IMG/VR virus record: IMGVR_UViG_651324002_000003
Coordinates: 1 to 19,933 of that record
From: a virus
Taxonomy: Duplodnaviria; Heunggongvirae; Uroviricota; Caudoviricetes
DNA: 19,933 nt
Direction: 5' to 3' (one strand)
Below are positions 14,201 to 18,759 of the stretch, piece after piece. The translations under genes were made by a program, and so were the position numbers. A model generated the notes under the pieces. That model saw nothing but the letters and a program-made list of their open reading frames with translations, made no database searches and was not told the DNA's origin. Every line of letters starts with the position of its first letter. Positions within the stretch are counted from its first letter, which is position 1.

Positions 14201-17200
14201 TCCCACCGTATCTACCATTGTAGCGGACCAATCAGAGAAGTTATTGATACCCCGCTGCATGTGAATGGCACCGACCTTAAACGCCGCTCCCATTAACGTG
14301 GGGTTAAATACGGGATTGGAACTAATCTTGCTGAGTTCGGATTGAAGCTCTTTCATGGCCTGCGCTAAAGCCGCATCGCTGTCATCCACGATATTCAGCT
14401 TCTTTTGCTTCGGTTTCTTGCCGGTTAACTCCAGGAGTTGATTGCGAAGCCTATCCCGATTTGCCTGGCTCCCATCGAATCCGGTGATATTATTGCCGGA
14501 TTCGGGAAGTTGCTCAGTCTGTTGTACAGACTGTTGTTCGCTTTGTTGTACGGTCTGTTGTGCGCCTTGTTGTTTTATTGACGGTTCCGCTTCATTTACT
14601 GGGCGCGATCCACTTTTGGATTCTGATATGTTGTTTTCCTTTTGGCGATTTCCGCTCTCCGTCTCTTGATTTCCTTGTCCAGTTCTTCCGGATTGTTCGC
14701 CAGATGCTCCAGACCCAACGCTTTCAGTTTCGACTCGAATGACATTAGAATTTCCCCCTTGTTCTTTCAGTTGTTTCTCCAGTTCAGCAAACAACTGATT
14801 CTTTTTGTTTAAAACAGCGAGTTCCGAGTCGGATATCATGTTTTGGTATGACGGATATCCATTAAACTCATCTGCCGCATAGTGGATACCAATACCCGTT
14901 TGCAGGTGAGTCTTTTTACCGTGCATCAGTTTATCCAAGCCATTCGACTTAGCATAGTCCGCAATTTGGGCTTGAGCACGCTGTAACGCAGTATCCAACG
15001 TTTCTTTTGATATATCCGGGGTCAATATGCGCCACTCGTCGCCACCCCATCTGAAATATTGTGCATGGTCAGCAACGGCGCCCACTTCATCGGAAACGAT
15101 CTTGGTGATCACTCGTAAGTGTTTATCAGCCGCTTCGTTTCCAGCAACGCCATTCAACCCGCCCAGATTGAGGAAGTCCACGTTAGCAAAGGCAAACTGC
15201 CGGCCGTTCGCTTTAAACTCATCCCACGCCCGTTCTACTGTGGGCGTGAATTGCCCCTTGACTTGATACCCAATGGTTTCATCAACAACGCGCGGGGCTT
15301 TCCTGCGCTCAATGAAGCTGTTTGCAGTCTGCTGCGCATGGTCTTCGCTCATTCCCTGAGAAACCAGTTCCGCAGCAAGTTCCTGTCTTTCCTGTTGTCG
15401 GTCCACTTCCGTTTGCGCTAAAAAGGGTTTTGCCTTTTGTACCTGGCTTTCACCCTGCTCCTGCTGTTGCCGTTCTTTCAGCGCCGTCCGGATGTGATCC
15501 GGGAGTTTTTCAACCTGAGCACGGCCTTCCGGAGTGTCCATCTTCTTCCGTAGGGCTTCGCTGCGCAGTGCTTCTTCTACTTGTTTTTGTTTTCGGGACT
15601 GTGCGGCGCGGGATTCCTCTGACTCGATACTGGATCGGCCGAAGGACTGGAATTGTTCCGCTGCCCCCCGAAGATCCCGATTGCCGCCTGTGCCGCCGGC
15701 GACAGATGGTTGAACCCACTCGGGGACTTGCTGGTTGATGTTTTCCCGGGTTGTTTCGATTGCATTTACAGTCGCCTCCAGTGCGCTAAACTCATCGCTG
15801 ATAGTTTCATCTACAGACCAATGGCGCCGGCTGCCGCGCAGGATACTGACAGCCAAATCGTGATACTTCTGATTGTTCATCGGATACAATTGGCGATACC
15901 AATCAGGATTAGTACTTGCGCGGACTTTCCCCTCACCATCTTGTTTAGATATTAATTCTACGCCGCCTTCTGCCGCTTCCTGCTTCAACAAACGAACTTC
16001 TTGCTGTATCCGGGAGTTTATTTCTCCTGTAATTTCATCCCTGACCGCATCTAAGCTTACATTATAGGACCGAAGGATATCCAGGAAGTACTGTTCGTCA
16101 CCCGAAAGGTTTTGGTAGGCCTGTGCCATGCGCCGCTGTTCCCGGAATAAGGCCGCATTGGTATTCGCTTCACCCGGCTGACCTTGTTTGGCAAAAGTCT
16201 GTTGCTGCGGCGTATTGGCTATGAGTTCTCCCAAGGATATAAATCTCTGAGCCCTTGCGGCATCTCCTTTAGCCTGCGCCAGTCTGGCTGCCTCCTGGTA
16301 ATTCCGACTGTTCAATGCCCGTGTAATTTGTTCCTCGGAGTCAGCCTCTTCGTATTTACGCGCCAATTGTTCACTGCCAAGCTGCCGGGCCATACCGGCG
16401 GCCGCCCGGTAGTCTCCCGCCCGAGCCGCATTATCCATTGATTTTTCAACGGCGAATCTCTGTGCGTTGGTCATTCCATCAACGGATTGAGGAATCTGTT
16501 CCCTTGCCTGTGTCAGCGTTATGCCACTGCCGGAAGGGATTTCAATGGATGTACCCGGATCGCCGCCCGGTATGGACGGAGTTACGCCAGGCGACGGAGC
16601 CTGAAAGTATTGTACGCCCCCCACATTATACCGGCGCCATGCGGGATTAGCCTGACCAAATTGTTCGGCCTGCCGGGCATCGGAAAACTCGACTACTTGC
16701 GGTTGCGGTATCGACACCGGAGCAGGAGTTTGGTCCTCGGTTGCCTGACTGGCTTGATTGGCATTAAATTCCGTTGCCAGTCTGAAAAAATCCTCATCAT
16801 TCAAGGATGGACCCTGCTGTTGTTCGTCCTGTACTTGCTCTTGTTGCTGTTCCTGCGGGGTAATTTTGAAAACACCGTAATCTACCCCTGCCTTCGCAAT
16901 AGTGGAGTTGGTTATATTGATTTTACCTGCTTCGTTGAATATCCCATATTGGGCATCCATTTGCGACAGATTTTTGGTGGCGAGATCGATCATGAATTGA
17001 CCCTTTTGTGTTTCTTGCTCCGTCTTCCCCTGCTTGATTGCCTTTTCTCCCTGACGGGCTAAGTCAAAATTCGCTGTTATCTGGTTTTGCAGTTCTCTTT
17101 CCGCATTTTCGACCTGTTTCTGAGTAACGGGATCGACCGCCCCACCGGAAAGAGTTTGCAATTCTTTGGTGACTCCGCTGCGGCGCCGGGAGTCCATCAC

Positions 17201-18592
17201 CCCACGTCCGGCTGCGCCGACACCAGCGGATACCGCCCCGATTGCAAAAGCTGAACGCATTTCTCGGAAGTTCTCATCAGAGAACGGGTTCCAGTCCATT
17301 CCTTCCCCCGTGACATAGCGTTGGATATTGCTCTGCGGTAGTTCTTCCATAACGGATTCACTCAGGCCATTAGCTATCAATGTGGCGGCTACCTTAGCCC
17401 CCGGGCTCAGTTTGTCCCATTGTTTTGCAAGCCTTCCGCCAAACCGTTTTGCTATCGGTCCGGCACCACGGGTAAACAGTCCCCATTCCAGCTTATTCGT
17501 TACAGCCAGCAGAGCGGTGTTCCCGACCATGACCTTATCAGCACGGTTCACTGCCTGTCCCCGGGCGTATTCATCCGCATCTTTTAAGGACATTCCCTGC
17601 CGCATGCCTTCATCATAATACAGTTTATAATCCTCATCGTATCGGTTGCCTGCTTCTACCGATGCTTCAGCCATGGCGGCCAGGGGAGTACCAACAACCG
17701 GAATAGCATTTAACGGCAGGTTGGTAATAGTGAATGGGATATTTCGCTGGACATCCGTCCAGGTTTCGACCAGCGCTGACTGGATAGGGCCAAGACGCTC
17801 CCGGTCTTCTTCCGTAAGATCATCGCTTTTATATTTCTCATAAGTTTCTCTGCCGCTTTGTTCCCACTCCTGTCCTTTATTCTCCAGCCAGTGAGTGAAT
17901 GACCCTGGCTGCGGGGCCGGGATGGGTTTAACCTGCTTTTCTTTTTCAGTCAGAGCCGCAATCCCGGCAATCACTGGACTAGCCGTGGTTTTTACAATAT
18001 CACTTACTAAGTCAGGAGCATTAAGAGCATTGGACATATATCGCATACCAGTGCCATAGCCAGATTGTGCCTGACCAAATCCGGCGATGAAGTCATTGGT
18101 CGCTCTTTTGGGAGGAACCGGGGTGGATTGAAAGTCAAAATCATCTAAGCTCGCTGGTCTCTGGGAATACATTTCGTCCTGCTGATCATGTAACTTCTTC
18201 GCATAGTCCGTCGCCGCTTCCGGCGTGTCGAACTTGCCAAGATGCTGGCCGGTTTTAATGTACTGATCTACGGCCTCGTTCTCGGTTAATATCCTGCCAT
18301 CGTCGCTAACAGTGGGAATCAGCACTTCTCTTCCGTCCATATTAATGCTCATAGACCGAACCGTGCTGATCGATCCGTCTGCATTGCGCACAACGGGGCG
18401 ATTGGAAAGATCAATATTACCTTGTTCGGCCGGCCCGGAAGACGCCGGCAAATTAATAAGCGGCTTGCTCTGTTGAGCAGCCGCTCCATTGTAGTTGTTG
18501 ATAACCGAATCAATATCCGATGGTTGAGTTTGATAATCCGCTTGCATAGCAGGAGGCTGAGGTGCATTCGCTGCACCATTATCACCGAACAA
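5264..18592 (-). CDS. Giant polyvalent protein, probable phage internal virion/ejection protein (>=4442 aa; ~4490 aa if joined to the ATG at 18735)
   Basis: Single 13.3-kb ORF with recognisable motifs: RWGGDEW, GTGTGKT/DESH/SAT/QIEGRIYRTGQ, EPSAGHG/NPPY, HEFTH and VYHGT. It has G/A-rich hydrophobic segments near the N-terminus and lies between an ejection-like gene and the lysis cassette. The TTG at 18592 has no SD. Confidence 0.9.
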   Translation of the reverse strand: MFGDNGAANAPQPPAMQADYQTQPSDIDSVINNYNGAAAQQSKPLINLPASSGPAEQGNIDLSNRPVVRNADGSISTVRSMSINMDGREVLIPTVSDDGRILTENEAVDQYIKTGQHLGKFDTPEAATDYAKKLHDQQDEMYSQRPASLDDFDFQSTPVPPKRATNDFIAGFGQAQSGYGTGMRYMSNALNAPDLVSDIVKTTASPVIAGIAALTEKEKQVKPIPAPQPGSFTHWLENKGQEWEQSGRETYEKYKSDDLTEEDRERLGPIQSALVETWTDVQRNIPFTITNLPLNAIPVVGTPLAAMAEASVEAGNRYDEDYKLYYDEGMRQGMSLKDADEYARGQAVNRADKVMVGNTALLAVTNKLEWGLFTRGAGPIAKRFGGRLAKQWDKLSPGAKVAATLIANGLSESVMEELPQSNIQRYVTGEGMDWNPFSDENFREMRSAFAIGAVSAGVGAAGRGVMDSRRRSGVTKELQTLSGGAVDPVTQKQVENAERELQNQITANFDLARQGEKAIKQGKTEQETQKGQFMIDLATKNLSQMDAQYGIFNEAGKINITNSTIAKAGVDYGVFKITPQEQQQEQVQDEQQQGPSLNDEDFFRLATEFNANQASQATEDQTPAPVSIPQPQVVEFSDARQAEQFGQANPAWRRYNVGGVQYFQAPSPGVTPSIPGGDPGTSIEIPSGSGITLTQAREQIPQSVDGMTNAQRFAVEKSMDNAARAGDYRAAAGMARQLGSEQLARKYEEADSEEQITRALNSRNYQEAARLAQAKGDAARAQRFISLGELIANTPQQQTFAKQGQPGEANTNAALFREQRRMAQAYQNLSGDEQYFLDILRSYNVSLDAVRDEITGEINSRIQQEVRLLKQEAAEGGVELISKQDGEGKVRASTNPDWYRQLYPMNNQKYHDLAVSILRGSRRHWSVDETISDEFSALEATVNAIETTRENINQQVPEWVQPSVAGGTGGNRDLRGAAEQFQSFGRSSIESEESRAAQSRKQKQVEEALRSEALRKKMDTPEGRAQVEKLPDHIRTALKERQQQEQGESQVQKAKPFLAQTEVDRQQERQELAAELVSQGMSEDHAQQTANSFIERRKAPRVVDETIGYQVKGQFTPTVERAWDEFKANGRQFAFANVDFLNLGGLNGVAGNEAADKHLRVITKIVSDEVGAVADHAQYFRWGGDEWRILTPDISKETLDTALQRAQAQIADYAKSNGLDKLMHGKKTHLQTGIGIHYAADEFNGYPSYQNMISDSELAVLNKKNQLFAELEKQLKEQGGNSNVIRVETESVGSGASGEQSGRTGQGNQETESGNRQKENNISESKSGSRPVNEAEPSIKQQGAQQTVQQSEQQSVQQTEQLPESGNNITGFDGSQANRDRLRNQLLELTGKKPKQKKLNIVDDSDAALAQAMKELQSELSKISSNPVFNPTLMGAAFKVGAIHMQRGINNFSDWSATMVDTVGERIRPYLKSVWNSITAWPEDVKYNDRVANSLFEYAGILYQDGVTNQTGMEQRIQEDLGADFVPMVKAAFSGVSEWPGFEGGSQYGERGRENLERDNATVPNRDGVGPEVLRNESAGNRRGDGQGSEETGETGDRQPGNRRVPSGGAARGGSERNQGVRGGTAVDQERAAGSELPGGSSLFSDEGVQSDPSATKGLAAIAADRTETETGGTSLASKLEAQKKAESIPVKVANLENIRKTLPFLMPEQQNDVLFAEERFSKPDGYGVLFTNGTGTGKTFTGIGIVKRFARQGKNNILIVAPNDKIIAGWIDAGKNMGLDITKLEDTKSAGKGIVITTYANLGQNQELAKRHWDLVVPDESHYLSSSEQGDITGAASALRAITLHRNGYRQRFDDLERDLVEKERSAYEELRNFKPGTKEEREQYDALEKKSRDLSTGIENLRKERYEEWDAVPPEKRSRVVFLSATPFAYVKNVEYAEGYLFGYGQDTDEYRGYNQPDSRENFFITHFGYRMRYNRLTSPDANVDNEIMEQQFHEWLRGQGVLSGRMLTVDKDYDRNFVLVNDAIGGKIDEGLNWLWEAEDRKYSPLYDFIDDQFAYHQKMYLLESIKAKHAVGLVKDYLKQGKKVVLFHDFNKGGGFHPFRPEFIPEDLRSLYHEFTAKRPDLLKLDLSELLSPIEQVKQSFGEDAMFFNGTIPKKVRGKNVDLFNDDDSGKDLIVVQSDAGREGISLHDRTGKHQRVLINLGMPVRPTAAIQIEGRIYRTGQMSDAIFRYLNTGTTFERLAFATKIAERASTAENLALGGEARRLKDSFIEAYEMSGEFPAGMDAEGTGGKAKDRANRREMTEFQRAKSYYFSQQKKTSQNKSAEGNDYYATPEPIGYKMVEWANMKPGERAMEPSAGHGAIARFFPGHADHVMIEPSLQLGPRAVMVSPAKLVSNRFEDYHIINKFNAVVMNPPYGHGGKTAIEHLGKAYKHLYDGGRIVALLPDGGLADKRLNAWYDSEEATGAYPVAEIKLPSVTFERAGTGVRTKIVVIEKHIDAAGTEEIDNRHIDLSDAETIGELFDRIETISLPDRLQVQSARSATSPISSQSRETESATEEATQEDNYSKHEFRHTKNKNLIYIAKAKKYLRDNFDQHMNIAKRHDGWWNSWEKGDAVKGFAFNTDADRKAFIEESSSALREAKFSSDAGIIDNAESVDPTTNEQRIIDLANNLGAKAEIIDHADTSLRGFYMDGTLYLNRNGNLSLEWTLGHEFTHWLAENRPGVYKAMRSAVSKVTDAQVDAYRRRLGERGKAMDREAVIEEMIGDEVGNGFGSESLWEKIQKKSPALFKRIVQSVQEWLQFLTGKRSYRNSGLTREQISEIEAVLPDIVIRSLKDSGYEVGTAGKTAASQDKKFAPAPKGVKHVNIAGIPAEMLKESWVRSWAEHFWDTVGVKSPFFRSWFGDWRVNDQTHVPITTITGTEATQSKNVKAAAKEATAWAKKQPEFRGERKNKDTGWDINISKAVLNETSYYAITNGKIDSVKAIASIPDIVENAILVSTETNRHDVPEVPFVHTFVAPLSIGNNDYLTELTVKETLKGKQAYHLNAIKITPLDSHVLGRNKSAPGLSEKTNGVSANTVADLLNLVKPPTGTNYGKSSAVVDKQGMPLIVYHGTKQSFSTFDPQKIESEDGFFFTTNRDTAKEYGNIIPAYLNIKNPYRYTNKQWQNGEGFDLKQAKEAGFDGAIIKGQDGGDTYIAFYSNQIKSATDNIGTFDSSNPDIRYSGGGQPQRSKQSYTPKEIMDNINTFSRETLIDLLEQIDPNGVWSDADNAAEGYDPITLRESRDYVRQKFDDMNMLEQQVRKRGYKLLIDADKVRFSKDAQLPDKLTFSKVTQKGDNYKKLIQALNERNWTREEKPDGTIIYTKPTPQKEPIQKKPVAGDRFTFQNEETQRRAEKAMQGVIGAKESTSIKDSLKSAWDLLKRKFGREYEHMPHTAEFSEIRFALQKLQQQKGVANDKVIRILDDITKNLSKDEYYHFSLKVLLDDLQHEEGSLPFGLTKETLPVEQERLDEHIAANYPNVTKAVEQRKEVWSDIKDRYIAVMKKIGFNVENKFAREDYYRHQVLAYMDQKRIAGIGQKLKAPTNRGWLRRREGSEKDINLNYMEAEFEVMRDMLYDMEVAKTIKLVDDQYNIIDRLKAEALTMNDQNVMQVFRDMVEEFGIVSDDMTVESMARKMYKQTLNRKQAMAFAKLSELAAKDELPYGPNNKYQDVVENLAQEYFARKESSDAQGMEDAVADKLQDQEQNHAKLMEYAAYLLKEQGGKPGSGAAAMLFRGIQDKKQFVRGALGERYVTWRDLIPEGYSEWRPREGNVFFRARTVPEQMVEKLMSESLNSLGVSPEQLKTALIIGGRREGYIVKEEIAATLEKMTPDFVNDTGTKWSQYVITPWKIWQLTSPSRIIKYNLRNMTSDLDAVLAGNPSSLRKVSQSMKDLNRYFYGDGEMTNELREWFERGGMQTLLQVQEIGDINKLKLFIRFSEQKDGLENALKTGAAKVWDGYWGRARKVTDLREALLRYANYLEYLEQIESNKGRPKNFGASMSEEVMALSDNRDKAFKLANELLGDYNAVSVAGKELRKHLIPFWSWTEVNAKRYINLFRNCASNEGIAKTVGKRLLTKAAVYSPYLAVQVGEFAVKATGMWILLQMYNFALWPDEEKELPPNIAGQPHIILGRDADGKVMYFNRLGAFADFLEWFGLDTPVKTVTDYLNGKKTIAEIAGDMVKNPVNKFVQGITPTIKTTGELLIGRRLFPDVFKPRRIRDYPEYIFDSFGLGDEYRLAADKPHPRYDVMKFLLYKTEPDKTAYYNIMEEKNRFLKSIGKGGDGDYMSDQSEAIRNYKMALRYGDKKIAAKYLMEYKALGGTKQSLATALANMSPLAGLTRDQRKKFLQGLSGEDKAELLKAERYYKTVLLGGFRSRKTSSGTEKVTIPWNVDLPNKKR
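5780..6370 (-). other. LPD38-like C-terminal region of the giant protein (approximate bounds)
   Basis: LIPFWSW...ELPP....PHIILG...YF.RLGAF...ITPTIK...ELLIG..LF resembles the C-terminal regions of phage polyvalent/ejection proteins. Recognised from memory and needs an HMM check. Confidence 0.45.
8912..9290 (-). other. ADP-ribosyltransferase-like domain (ART-PolyVal type)
   Basis: VVDKQGMPLIVYHGT (YHGT at 9239-9250), GFFFT, AKEY, AYLNIKNP, GFDGAII, YIAFYSNQIKSATDN.GTFD..NPDIRYS. Confidence 0.8.
9430..9760 (-). other. LPD3-like (BECR-fold-like) domain (approximate bounds)
   Basis: KNKDTGWDINIS...AIASIPDIVENAILV......HTFVAPLSIGNNDYLTELTVKE....AYHL, the characteristic pattern of LPD3-type polyvalent domains. 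Confidence 0.6.
10150..10590 (-). other. Zincin-like metallopeptidase domain (MPTase-PolyVal type)
   Basis: LRGFYMDGTLYLN...TLGHEFTHWL (HExxH at 10436-10450) followed by EEMIGD (candidate third ligand). Confidence 0.8.
11090..11610 (-). other. N6-adenine DNA methyltransferase domain
   Basis: DYYATP, SAM-binding motif I EPSAGHG (~11501-11521), catalytic motif IV NPPY (11333-11344), and GGRIVALLP. Confidence 0.9.
11790..13490 (-). other. SF2 helicase/ATPase, Strawberry-notch-like
   Basis: Walker A GTGTGKT (13373-13393), DESH (13124-13135), SAT (12809-12817), SDAGREGISLH and QIEGRIYRTGQ. The GxSLH...QxxGRxxRxGQ pattern is typical of SBNO-type C-terminal helicase domains. Confidence 0.88.
13564..13950 (-). 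CDS. Nested 128-aa gene in the +1 frame of the giant gene
   Basis: GGAGG (13963-13959) lies 8 nt before ATG 13950. The product has a helical, globular-looking composition, while the giant frame over exactly this interval is G/R/E/S low-complexity. Confidence 0.75.
   Translation of the reverse strand: MVNVAARIWNEITQLCPIETGWGQKYFAMNQQEIAEAMDKEAKRLEKQGIDSRVIDGFLLVAPLVAEAKGIREYAAERPWIRNVLPEVNSLEEAAYLATKEYNLTRQQQKDLLQLLQTEPKLKPAEHP
14513..14572 (-). repeat. Degenerate 12-bp tandem repeat (5 units) encoding QQxx linker
   Basis: (C/T)TGTTG recurs at 14519, 14531, 14543, 14555 and 14567, encoding QQGA-QQTV-QQSE-QQSV-QQTE. Confidence 0.85.
14596..14745 (-). CDS. Nested 49-aa gene in the +1 frame of the giant gene (not in the ORF track)
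   Basis: AAGGGGG lies 8 nt before ATG 14745. The translation is MSFESKLKALGLEHLANNPEELDKEIKRRRAEIAKRKTTYQNPKVDRAQ, TAA at 14596-14598. The giant frame here is S/G/E/N low-complexity. Confidence 0.65.
   Translation of the reverse strand: MSFESKLKALGLEHLANNPEELDKEIKRRRAEIAKRKTTYQNPKVDRAQ
14795..15200 (-). other. GGDEF-like nucleotide cyclase domain (GGDEW variant)
   Basis: VDFLNLGGLN..AGNEAADKHL...FRWGGDEWRIL (GGDEW at 15032-15046) aligns by eye with D.D.FK..ND..GH..GD..L...RYGGDEF. Confidence 0.75.
15016..15038 (+). repeat. 23-bp exact direct repeat, copy 2 (copy 1 at 3408-3430)
   Basis: CCGGGGTCAATATGCGCCACTCG, here encoding EWRILTP of the GGDEW motif. Confidence 0.95.
15577..15765 (-). 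CDS. Possible nested 62-aa gene in the +1 frame of the giant gene
   Basis: GGAGG lies 9 nt before ATG 15765. The product is S/P-rich with one hydrophobic patch (LSPAAQAAIGIFGG). The SD could arise by chance from Leu-Glu-Ala codons. Confidence 0.35.
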   Translation of the reverse strand: MQSKQPGKTSTSKSPSGFNHLSPAAQAAIGIFGGQRNNSSPSADPVSSQRNPAPHSPENKNK

Positions 18593-18735
18593 ATTCCCCA
18601 GAAAGGAGAAAAGTCCTTCCTCTTTTGGGGGGTAGGTGTCTCCGTGGGCATAGTCGGTGAAAAATCAAAATCATCTAATGTCTGCATTTGCTGCTGATAT
18701 TCTTCCTCTGTCCACCCTTGTTTCTTTTTCGCCAT
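18349..18735 (-). CDS. Probable true N-terminus of the giant protein, separated by a -1 frame break near 18623-18632
   Basis: ATG 18735 has GGCGGTG 8 nt upstream and follows the 18760 stop. The first ~36 codons (..TLDDFDFSPTMPTETPTP) mirror SLDDFDFQSTPVPPK in the giant ORF. The remainder of this ORF overlaps the giant ORF out of frame. Confidence 0.7.
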   Translation of the reverse strand: MAKKKQGWTEEEYQQQMQTLDDFDFSPTMPTETPTPQKRKDFSPFWGICSVIMVQRMHLSLLLCKRIIKLNHRILIRLSTTTMERLLNRASRLLICRRLPGRPNKVILIFPIAPLCAMQTDRSARFGL

Positions 18736-18759
18736 TCTATCTACACCGCCCTTTCGCAG

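Noticed and set aside
5732-17843. Numerous + strand ORFs antisense to the giant gene
   Set aside because: Expected antisense shadows of a long ORF, with no motifs or RBS support seen.
5264-18592. Intein, intron or IS insertion explaining the size of the giant ORF
   Set aside because: No Hint/LAGLIDADG, reverse transcriptase or transposase motifs and no terminal inverted repeats were recognised.
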